Origin: Amoebophrya sp. A120
Taxonomy: Eukaryota > Protista > Dinoflagellata
DNA: 64,000 nt
Assembly (NCBI GenBank): GCA_905178155.1
Contig: CAJINV010000004.1
Coordinates: forward strand, 9,772,625-9,836,624
Direction of reading: 5' to 3'
Shown here: in pieces, positions 12,901 to 24,900 of the stretch
Position numbering within the stretch: position 1 is the stretch's first letter
How the letters are laid out: the number at the start of each line of letters is the position of its first letter
Translations under genes and position numbers: made by a program
Notes under the pieces: model-generated
Told to the model about the DNA's origin: nothing
The model's database searches: none
Seen by the model: only the letters and a program-made list of their open reading frames with translations

Positions 12901-15900
12901 ACGCTCACAACGAGCAGTAGTCCACAAGTTCCACCTCTCGAGATGAAGTTCAAGAATGTGGTGAACTGTCAAGATTTGACAAGTGAAGAGCTAAAAGCGC
13001 AAGTCTCTCCTTGTGTTTCCGGCAAGTGAGCGCCTTCCTTTGGCAAGTGATCGCCATCCCCAGACAAGTTTTGTCCCGCCGTTCCAGACAAGTTTCGTCA
13101 AGATTGACACCATGACGGGACGTTCGACCCCTTCCTCGTCTTTGACGCGTTTTCGTCCGGTGCTGACCATCGTGCTTCCAGTGCAACTTCCTCGACTACA
13201 TCGTCCTGTGACGGGAAGTTTTCTCAGTCGTTTCTTTCAAATCACAATCGCCGTCGCAAATTTGTCGCCTACAAAGTTCTTTTTTATCGTAAAAATCGCC
13301 TTCGTCTGGAGCGATGATCGTGAGGGAAGTAAAAAGCCAGTAAGTAATTTTGTGCAAAACGGAAAATTCGAAAGTAAGGAAAACACATCAACAACGGAAA
13401 ACAGTCACGGAGTAGTCTATCGGATTTGGCCAAGCGGAAGCGGTAAACCCAACCTACCAAGAAGAAGCTTTAGAAGTAACAGCATGAGCCTAATCGCACC
13501 CAAGCGCCTTCGTGCCTGTGAAGCGAACCTAAGCGGGCTGATCTCTGCGCTCGACGCCAACGACGGGAAACCAGCTCTCGTTTGTCAACTCGGCGATCGC
13601 TACCTCGTGTGGCGCTACTGCGGCCACTTCGACAAATCGGGACCGAACGCCCGCGCCGTGCGCTTTCGGTTGAAAACCTGGATTCCGGAATCGGACCTGC
13701 AGCGGGTGAGCCATCACCTGTGGGGCGGAAAAACGCTCTGCATCTGCCGCCCGCTGACCGGTGCTTTTGTGTGCCAGATCGTGAAGGTGCCCTTCCACCT
13801 CGGCCGCTACGTGTCGTCGCTGCTGGAAACGCCGGGGCTGGGGTTGGACCTCGAAGATCATTTCGGACAAGAAGGCCCGGTCCTCGAGGAGGGAAAACTA
13901 GTACTGTACGATAGCCGGGAACCGAGCCCGACAACGCATTACGGTGATCGCGAAGCGCTCGAAGCGCAGTTTCCTTTTGTCAACGGCCAACCGCCGGCGG
14001 GCGTGTACAACTTGAGCCGATTATTTCCCGGATCACTGCTACTCGGCCATCCGAAACCGTTCGGCACGACGGTAAGCGCGGACAAGGACTACCTGTTCTA
14101 CTGGAACCAGGAGCAGCAGGCGAGGGTGGCCAACTCGTCTTTCAGCCCGGTGCTGAGTCTGAACAGCCTGACCCTGTACTGGCAGGTGACTGGCTACACG
14201 CCGGCGAATACGGGAGCCAGCGCGTATTCGGGAACGCAGTACACCGAGGACGGAGTGTGGAACCACACGGGTCTGGCCGGTGATCCTTTCATCGGAAACC
14301 AGAGAAGCAGTCAACGGAGCGGTCTGCGCTGCTGGGTGTGCGGTGAACACGGCCACCGAGCGGCGGCGTGCCCGGGCGCGAACCATGAACCCGAGTTCGA
14401 GCCCAGTCCGACGCGCGAGCGCTCCCGGGAAGCTATCAGGTTCTGGTCCATTGAGGACGCCCGGAATTGAATCGAGCGACGATCAAACTCTACACCAGAA
14501 CGACCTGACTTCACCAAGTTATAAACCTTCGCCAACGTTTAACAACTACTCGAAGGAGATGCCTTCACTTCCATCCATCTCCCAAAATCAAGTAATTTCA
14601 GTAAACAAGAGCGACCGAAATAGTATATCCAGCAGTAAAAGAAGCTACGCGGAACCGGGCGAAAAGATCCTGTCCGGAGCGACGCAAAAATTTTTAGAGA
14701 ACTTTCCGAACAGAGTCGGCATTCCGACCTGCGTCAGCGACTACCTCATCCTAAAGGAGCTGCACGCTCAGCGTGAAACTGTAAACAAAGAGCTGAACAA
14801 GACCGCCATCTTACCGGCGGACGCCTATTCTGTGCCCGTGCAGCAGCTGCCTGAATTCGAGCGGCAAGACTTCTCGGGCGAGAGCGTGAACTTTACCGAT
14901 GCCAGAAGTTTCAAGCTGTTGCCCAAGCCAACCACGATGCAGCTCAGGACCACCGATCCACTGTGCGACGTGTTTCTCTCCGTGACCAAATTCGGTGAGA
15001 ACCTCGAGGAGGATTTGGATTTGGTGTGGACGTTGAGCCAGAAACCAGATTCCACGGTAAAGCGCAAGTGGCGAGTACTTGGACAAGCGCAGCTTGATCT
15101 TCTACGAATCCATCACGACCGACCACCAACGCCATCGGAGTCGTCGAGCGTTTCTTTCAACGCCGCATGGTGGCGGTACGGCCAGCATCCCGGCGGGAAT
15201 CCATCACCCAAGTAAGAAGAAGAAGATGGAAAGCTGGCGTGCGTGATCGAATTCAATAGTCTGGCTCCGTGACAATTTTCCCTTTTTTCTGATTTCTTTC
15301 GGAGATGACTACCCGTGACCTGTGCCAGAGTTTGCTTTTTTGGAAGACAAAGCGCCGTGCCTACAAGCAGCAAGAGTAGCACCCGGTATGAAGGTCTTAT
15401 CGGTCGGTGTCTTTTGTTGTATGAAGCCTGAAAAGAGTCGCAAAATCGAAAAACGCAAAACCGTCGTCGCAAAGTCGCAAAGTCCGTCTGTCGTTTGTTT
15501 GTGTCGAAGTAAATCGAAAGCAAATCGAGCCTCTAGCGCCACATCATCGCATCGCAGCCAACGAAAATCTAATAAGCAGAAACGGCTTCAACGGCATCAC
15601 GGAAGCGAACATTTCCGAAAACAAAAACAGGGACTAGTAAGTGCGCGCGCCAGTCACGTGCCAAGAAGGGAACTAGTACCTACCCAACTAGGAGCACTTG
15701 CCTCGGCTGTACCCCGTACAAACTTCACTCAAGCATTCGAAAGAAAAAGCGAGCCCCGCAGTTCAATTCATGAATAACTGCTGTAGTGCCCTCGCGTACA
15801 TCATCCTGTGGAAAGTAATCGAGCTGATCGGCCTCCTCTTTGTCGGCGCTTTTCTGCTGATCATCTTCGCGCTCTACCTTTTCTGGTGCAACGAGCCATA

Positions 15901-18900
15901 GCGGACGAACTCGCCCGCAGCATCAGAAATGGGAGGACCAGGCCACGGAAAAGGGGGCAACGCTCCCCAAGCGGCACTGCGAGACGGTGTTCCTACTTCC
16001 GACGAGTCGATGACCTCGCGGCGTAGCAGTCACAACGGGAACTACCAAATGCAACGTTACAACTCAACAGCTACCAGATGCAGCAGTACAACCAGAGCCG
16101 CGACATGACCAACTACCAAGGGGGCAAGAACAAAGGGAACTGGTCCGAGTACGGTGGCGGGAAGAAAGGCCCGTACGGACCCGACTACTACAACACCAAT
16201 CGCCGTCAGTGGAGCGACGACGAATGGGCGCGCTGGTGCGAGTCGTGGCGCGACTTCAAGAAAAACGTGCACGCCGGCGTCAAGGACTGGATGGGAAGGA
16301 CGCAAAATGCGGAACAGGCAGCAGTAAGTGCTGCGAGTGCTGCCGGAGCGGCAGCGACAAACTCCATCCAGGCACAACAAGCGGCGCACGCGCTCAAGGA
16401 AGTGCACGACTCTGAACTCCGTCGCGCGAAGGAAGAAATCGACGGAGCCAATTCCCAACTGAATGCAGCCAAGGGCGACATGGCGCAGTTCGGTGGGAAA
16501 GTTGACGCCGAATTGCGCGCGGCAAAACAGGAGGTGGACGAAATTCGCGACAATCAGGTCCGGTCGAGCACGCAAATGGTAGAAAACGTGAGCGGTCTTC
16601 TGCAGGCGCAGAACAGCAACACCGGCAACGCGATGCAGGGGTTGCAAAATCAGTCCCAGCAGGACTTCCAGGCGATGCAGGAGTACATGCGCTCGCAGAT
16701 GAGCGAAGGAAATGGAAAATCGGTACGTGCAGTTGCTCCAGACTGCCACCACCACGGCCGACCAGGCTGTGGCGGCCCTCGAGAAGGAGAAAATCAAAGT
16801 CGCCACTGCAGCTGTGCAGCAAACGACGACAACACAGCGCTTCAATATCAGTTCCACTGGTGCAACGGTCCGTGACTACAACGTCGTCGATGGCGAGGGT
16901 GATGATGACGTCAAGACGCGGAGCCGCGCTGCATCAGTGGCGAGTTCGCTCGGCCACAAAATCAGGAACGAAAAGAAGTACTACGTAGAAGAAGATGCCG
17001 AGGGTTATGGAGAAAATGAGTTCCTGCCCGGACTGCACCCCAAGGAAGCAGAGCGTGCAGCGCAGGCGGCGGGGCGGTCCACCGCTGCTGCAATCGCCCA
17101 GCAAGAACTCGAAGAGATTCTGCGGGCTCAGGCGGAAGCTCTGACAAAGAACCAGAAGAAGAAGTTGCAGAAGAAGAAGAGCAGGAAGAAGCAAGCAACC
17201 GCTGCGCCACCTGGTGACGACGACGATGGCGATGGCAGTTCTTCTTCCTCCTCGTCTTCATCTGAATCCGATTCTTCATCGGAGGAGGCATCGGCGAGTG
17301 AAAACAATGATGGCGACGACATCAAGCCGCGGCGCAAGAACCGCACCGCAAAGGAATGCGAGCAAATGCACAACAACCAGCCTAACATGGTAGGCGGCCA
17401 TGCCGGAGGTGGAGGCGGAAACAATAACAACTCCGGCGGAAATGGCGGTGCTGGCGGAAATGACGGTGACGACGGACGCGACAATGCCGGGAACAAGGCG
17501 CGCGGGAAAGGCATTTTGAAGGAAGAGCGAGTCGAGGTGAAACGTCTGAACCTCGATGCGGAAAGACCATCCACCAACATGGCGCCCGAGGCGGGGAAAA
17601 TCAACGGGATCGGCCCCCAGTAGTCAGAAAAGCAAAAAAATCACAAAAGCCGGAAAATTTTCGCGCTTTTAAGTTTTCGCAGGGTTTTTGCAGTTCTTGC
17701 AGCCGCTCGCTGGTGCGTTTTCTTTTTCTGGTTGTGTGTCTTGGGTTTGTGGGTTGGGCGGGAAAAGCAGGCTTGGGCGCAAGGGATTGGAGTGGGGCCG
17801 GCAGAGGGAGCCCATGTTGCCGGTGTGTGCTTCGGGATGGGAGAGGGATGCTGGGTGGGAAATTTTTGGGTGGGCGCGTGGCCAATTAATTCTGCGACAA
17901 AAAATCGCCTGTGTTGCGACAAAAAGTCTGAAATAATTAAAAAAAATCGGCTTTCGGCCGTGGTTTTTTTTTTCTTAGGGATTTCAGGAAGAACCCGAAA
18001 AATGTCGCACCCGTGTCGCACCGGTGTCGCACCCGTGTCGCACTCATGTCGCAAAGAAAGCAATTTTTTGGCGCAAATTTATTCGTTGTTTTTCTTTTTT
18101 TTCGGTGAAGTTGTGTTTGCCCGAACAAAAGTTGCGTGCTCGATTTCATGTGGCGCAGTTCTTCGAAAACCCCGGAGCCCACAGGCCCGCAGCCTGTTGA
18201 CAAAGCCCCGGCGTTATTTTAGGGCCTACAGATTTCCTATCGAGCGAGCCCCGGCGGAGTGGTTTGGCACAATAGGGCGGCAGTGCAAAAATTTTTTTTT
18301 TCGTTTTTCTTTTGGGATTCATGATTTTTTTATTTCCGGGCCCATTGGGGCCCGATCCCGTTGAGGAAAATTGGCTTGGTGATGAACGCGGATGGTATCC
18401 TCGTGGGAACAATCGGAGAATTCGACGCGCCGCTGGAGTCGACGCACATCGCCGCAGGAAAAGCCCTCTCCTCAGCGCAGAAAACGAAGATCGATTTTCG
18501 CCAGTGCGTCGCATCCGGACCGCCGAAATTCAACGCCGGCCAACATGAAGTTATCCAGTTGGAAGATGGAACTCGAAATGCACTTAAAGGGGTGCATCGA
18601 TACCGATCGGGCGGTAGCTTTCAGCGCGGAAACCGTGTTGGTGCGGAAGCACTGGATGGAGGCTCACACGGCCGACCAGCAGACGGACATCCTGGCGCTC
18701 GGTTACATCGATCGGGACAAGCTGAATTCGTACACCGTTTTGAACTACTTCACCTCTCTGGCCGAGCTGTGCGGTCAGATGGCGTCGGACATCAGCGACC
18801 GGTTGGAGAACTGGTCTATCCAGGAGGGCGACTGGAACAAGAAGGGCGCGAGCTTGTGGCTGGAACTGGCAAAATTCCGCCGTGCCGCACTCGCCACGGG

Positions 18901-21900
18901 GATCACGATTAACCCACGCAACGAAGTGGACCAACTGCGGCTCCTCGCAGAATTTCGTGATCGCATCGGCGTCGACGAATCCTTTTTGCGCGATGTGATG
19001 ATGTTCTCGACGAAAAAGATGAAGAAGAAGAAGCGCATGAGGATGACCCGCGCGTGGCCGTATTTCAAGGAAATTATGGCGTGCGTCAGCATGGGCCGCA
19101 ACATTAAGACGAGCACGGCAGTAATCAACTACCGCAGCAAGAGCAAGAGCGCGAATGCCTTCTCCTTCCACATCAATCACCTCGGGTTAACCGGATGCGG
19201 CTGTGCCAACGGCTGCGAGACCGCCGAAGAAGTGATCACGTGCGAGGAAATCCACGAAGCGCAGGTGATGGCGGCTGCCTTTGCCAAGTTTGGCGATAAG
19301 ATTCAGCCCGCAAAGGGGGATATCGTCTGCTGGGGCTGTGGCAAGGTGGGCCACAAAAAGGCAGAGTGTACCTTCAACAAGCCCGGAATTCACAGTGCCC
19401 GGACGTGCACGACGTGCAAGAGTCCGTCGCATGACCGCGACAACTGTCCCGTCTACTCCGTGCGCATCAAGGCCGCGCAGTTCTTTCGCAAGTTCAAGCG
19501 GAACTCCCGAAAGGGGGGCAAGAGTAAGAAGAAAGGTGCTGGGAAGCGGCGCGGAATTAAAAAATTTTTCGCGAGCATTCAGTTTGTCGATACCGACGGG
19601 GTCATCCAACACACCATGGGCATCGACCTGCCGGATATGGATGAGGAATTCTGGCTCGGAGAGTACACTACTGCGGATAGCGGGAACACAAACAACAATA
19701 CCACCCAGGGGCCAGCAATCAACAATGCAGCCTTACCGGCAATCCCGGCGTCCAGTACGACCACCACCGCTGCGGGCAGCGAAGCCGACGCACCGGTCGG
19801 TACGGAGGCGGAAGCGACCGAGGAGTACGAGTACGATGAGGATGGTCTGTACCTCGGCCAGGATATCCGGGACGGCCCGTAGAGCAGTCGGACTGCGTGG
19901 CCGAAGTGAAAAGTGAAAGGCCACCGACTAAAAGCGAACGCTTTGTGAAAAGTGTTATCGACAAGAAATTGATCGACAGGAAGAGAACTACCAGACCGAA
20001 GGAATACCATCTCTGCCGACGGAACCCGAATCCAAGAAGCGACAAACTTGATCGGGATTCCTACGTGAAACAACCAGAAAGCATTTGTGTAAAAGGAAAA
20101 TCAGCAGAACAACTTCAAGCAATTATCCAGAGCGTCTTGGTCTCGCTCGTGGACTTGAAGGTAATGCGGGCCAGCATGAAAGATATTACAAGACTTTTGA
20201 TTGATAGCGGCTTTAGCCGGCTGCTGTTCATGGGGGTTGTCGCTCTCGAGGAGCATCACCGGTACTGCCTGCAGCACGGCATCAAGCTGGAGTTCACCAT
20301 CGTGCCGCTTGATGCATCTACCGCAGGAGGTTCAACAAAAGTACTCGGGATCGCGGAAGTAATTGTAGCACTACCGCACGGCTGTCCGGTGCCGGCCGGG
20401 CTGGTGCACTGTATCGTCGTAGACGACCGCGATTGGGCGCAACCCGCCACGAACCTGATCGGACTGCAGTTTATGAAACAGTTCAAGCTCGGTATTGACC
20501 CGGACAAGACGACTGCAAGGCGCGGAACGTGGAGCACCAGCCCGGAAGATTTTCAGCTTCTGATGGACATTTTCGAAGAACTTACGCCTTCTTTCCTCGG
20601 CGATGTACGAAAACAGATAGAACAAGGCTTCGCAACAGCCGCCAGCGTCATGCGCGCTGCGCGCAAAAGAACAGTCTCTACCTATAACGTATCTTTTCCG
20701 CACCCAGACAATACGAGAACTTTCCCCACGCTGCTGGAATCCGAGGTGGTTGGAGAACGACCAGTGGCAACTCGTATTTACAGTAATTCAACATCCTCAT
20801 CTTCCTTTTCTGTCCCGGCGAACAACAGCGCACCGGTGGAGCGAATCGCCATCGGAAATTCGGGGCGAAATCAGAGCGGTGTTGATTTCGACGTTGCGAA
20901 AGTGTATGCGTGCGCGCGGATCTTTGTGGGCGCGACGCACGCTCCGAAACCACAAGGAGCTGATATCAGAGCAAAAACAAGAATAATTCACGACCTCGAC
21001 GAGATTCGGGACAAGATCTCAATTCTGAACGACTTCACAAATCAGAGTGCGAATGTGATAAGTTCCCCACTACCACTACGGGGACAGACGCACAGAAACA
21101 TTGTAGCAGTATTTTTCTTCGAGCAACAAGTCCGCGGCAGCGAACGGGTGCAGGATCGAACAGGATTCGGTATCCCCGTCGTGTCGCGCTACACCAACAA
21201 CGGAAAGATAAAGCCGTGGAAGCGAGCAACCGAGTCCATTACGGCGCTTCTCGGGAGAAGAGTAGCTTCTGCCGATAGCGGCAAACGCGTCGCATTGCAG
21301 CTACGGGGACGGACGCTGCAGTTTCCGGCACCGAAGAGCATCCAGTCGGTGTTCGAATAAGGTGAAGCCGGTCTCTCGATGCGGGCGCAAAACATCATCA
21401 AGGAGATGCCAGAGTGCCAAGATCTCTTCGAAAGGAGCAAGCGGCTCTTGATGAAATACCGTGCGGGATGCGCTCTTTTCACTGGAAACGGTCGACAAGG
21501 TGCAGTCGCCGTTGCCGAGCTGGTAGGCGAACAGCTGCGACTGCGATCGGAGAAAAGAGCGGCACGCATGAGTTTGGTGTCGCTGCTGGCGGCTAACGGC
21601 GAGCGGCCCACGTCGGACGGACGGGTCACACGCTTCGGGTATGGACTTGTCTCTCCGGCACAAGACATGTACGATGGCAAAAGTGTCACGATGCCGTTCG
21701 ACCCACGCCGAAACCTGACGCGACGACAGGCTGAGGTCTACGCGTACTTGCGCGCAATGACGATGCGGCACGCAGGGAAGCTGGGCGTAAAGCTGATGAC
21801 TAAACTCGCGAAAGGGAAATTCCGGAGCATTCCGCTCCGCGACCTGCGCACGGCGGTGGGCGCGGCCATGAGAAAGAGCTTCTCGAATGTCAGGCACACC

Positions 21901-24900
21901 ACCTGGCCAGCCGAGCGGGCCGTGGGGTCTTGGTCCACCATCGACATAACAGCTGTAAGCATGTTAGATACGACGTTTGTGTCGGGCGACATGCTGACTC
22001 AGCCAAATACGGTCGCACAGCTGTTGCGAAAGATCAGTGGTGATATCTGGCTCGACTTCATCGGGCCGAAGTGGATCACGCTGGCAGAATGTGCGAACTA
22101 CGCCGACGGACCCGCACCCGTCGACGGCGACGGAAAACTTCTTCCAATCGGAGCAAAGTCCAAGGCCGAAAGCGACGAGCTGCTCGCATTAAACGCGCCG
22201 AAAGATCAAGAGAAGGAGTTGAGCACGGGCCAGCCAACTTCCGACGCGATATGCAAGTTCGTGAGCGAGAACCTCGACAACATCGGAAGAATACTGATTC
22301 TCGACCCGGGATCCGAGAACATCAGCGAAAACCTGGCGACGCTTCTTCTCGCCGCGGGGATCCGGGTGCGGATCATCTCCGGAAACTCCGCCACAGCAAT
22401 GGCGGATGTGGAGGTCTCGCATCTCCACTTGAAAACAAACCTGCATGCAGCAATGAGACGCCCTCTCCGGAGGGACCTTCCGCTTTCCGTGCTTCTCCGT
22501 CTTCTTGCTCATGCTCGCCGGGAACGAAAAGTGATGCCCTCTTACCTGGAGAAGGGCGAGGAATGGCGCCTCGCACAGAAAGGTGACCTGCCAGAAGACT
22601 CGGCCATTCGCTTCTGGAGTCTCGAGGACGCGCGGATTAGTAAAATTCAGCGGGCAGAAAATCGCATTGCAGCCAGGATTGCAGTTTTGGAAACATTCCT
22701 CGACCCGGAGCTTCGCAAGGAACTCGCACTGCTATGCCGGCGCCTGACGGAGGATGGGCGCGGACCAGAAGCAGTAATCGGTGATCTTGTCGAGTGGAAA
22801 ACCAAGGGTGAGAAGTGGGCTCCGGGCCACCTGGAGCAGGCGCCCGAAGGAGCAACGATATGGGGCGTGCTACCGTTGTCGGCCACGTCAGCAGTTCAGA
22901 AAATCCCGAAGAAGAAAGTGCAGAAGGTGATCGACCACGAGCTTGCGCTGGCACTACCCGACACGGTGGAAATGTACATGTCGGACGTACCGAAACTACC
23001 ACAGATTCTTGCGCAGATTCGCCACAAGGGGTACTTTGATCGCGTCGACCGCGAGGAAAACTTCGGGCTCGTCGCCAAGGAAGACTTCACCGGCGCACGG
23101 ATCAACGAGAGGCGCCTGATGCCGTGCGTTGACTGCGCCGAAATGCGGTACGTGGAAAAGAACTTCCCCGGCGAGGTCTGCAGATGCGTGAACTTGTTTC
23201 CGCATGTCTACTGTGGCGATGAGAGCGACGATAAGCTCTGCACCGCCGGGATGTGGCTGCCAGAAAAACGTCTGCGGAAGGACCTGAAGAAGACGAGGCC
23301 GGATTTCTTCTATGAAAGCAAGGACGAAAAGACGAGCCGCAACGAGGAGCGGCTGGAACAGGAGAAGATCAAGAAGACAGTAAAGCTCGATCTTCAGGAG
23401 GCGTCGCCAAAACCAAAAACAACAAACGAAGAGGATAAGCTGCTACAGGACGACTTGTGCAGTAGTGAAGAGGACGGCGAGAAGTCTGATTCGGAACAAG
23501 AAGTAGCAATTGAAGAAAAAGATGATGAAGACGGCCTAGCAGCTGACGTAGATGACAACGAGCTGCGCGAGGACGAGAACAAGGAGGAAGCGGGAAATTT
23601 CCTCAAGGAAGAGGACGACTTCGACGATCTCGACGCGCCGCCAGGGATAAATCTTGTTGATTTGTCTTTGGACGACTTCAACGCCGTGATGGACATTTTG
23701 GAGGTCCAGTCCTACAATTTGAAGCTCGAGTCACAGCAGCAGGGCGAGAAGAAATTCGGAGGGCTCAACGTCCTCGACCACACCAAGTGGGATGCCGGAC
23801 AGAGCCAAGTGCTGGGTCTGCCGCTGAACAAACCTAGCATGGCCTTGCGCGAAGTGGTGCGCAAGATGAAAGGGGACCGCGCTAAGTGTATCAACGTGGA
23901 GACCAGCGAGTGGATAACCGTGAAAAACATGTTGAGCGACAAGCCCGCGAAAGAAGGGTGGGCCGCCCCCTGCAATCTGATCGAGGGGATGACGCTGGTT
24001 TGGGAAAAGCACCACGCAGAGCGGCTGCACCCGAAGAACGCGGCGTCAAAGAATCGCACCTGTGTAAAATACTACCTCAGCGAGGGTGTGACCGACGACG
24101 GCGGGTACTTCTTCTCGTCTGAGATGCGTGAACAAACCGTGGGTGCCGTCCGTTTCGAGTTTTACGACAGCTTCGGGAAAGAAGACGGACGAGCAGAGCA
24201 CTGCGTCATCAGTGATCATCACTCCGGTATGACGGCGGCGCAACGTAAGCGGCTACGCAGCGCGCGAAAGATGGCCGATGTGACGCCATATTCTGTTCTG
24301 AGCGAGCTGCTGCGCGTCGTCGAAACCAAGATGGCTCTGACCAAGGAGATTGAAGGTCAGATGGTGACGAAGAAGGGCAAGGAGTTGCCGAACGTGGTGA
24401 AGGCACTCAAGGGCGACGAGGAGCTATCGGGCAAGCAGAGACTTCTGCTCACGTCGCGTTTTATCTTGGACGCGAAGTACCTCTCGGAGTACTACTGGCA
24501 ATTGAAATGCCGGTGGGCTCCGGGAGGGCATCTCCAAGAGAGACCGGCCGAAATGGCCGAGAACGCGAGTCCCACACTCTCGGAGTTGGGCTTACGTCTG
24601 ACGTCGGTCGTCGCGGGGAAATGGAAACGCACTGTGGGCATCGTTTTTGATGTGCCGCGTGTTTTTCAAGAAAGCCGGGAGTACACAGAGCAAGAGATGC
24701 CGCGGATGAAGTTCCCGAAGGTACAAGGGCGGTTTGCCGAGGCGCTGGACGGGGCTTTGGCCATCATCAACCAGAAGCACCAGTTGGGGATCTGTGCGAG
24801 CTCTGTTCTGAAGATCAGGGTTCCACAGTATGGCCTCCTCGACGCGGCCTACTGTTTTTTCAAGAAGGCCCGGGAGGAATTCGTCCAACAAGGAACTCCA

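Noticed and set aside
15899-21360. Stop-codon reassignment explaining in-frame TAG/TAA in the retroelement
   Set aside because: Over 20 kb of reconstructed host exons contain no in-frame stops and end in ordinary stops, so the standard code fits.
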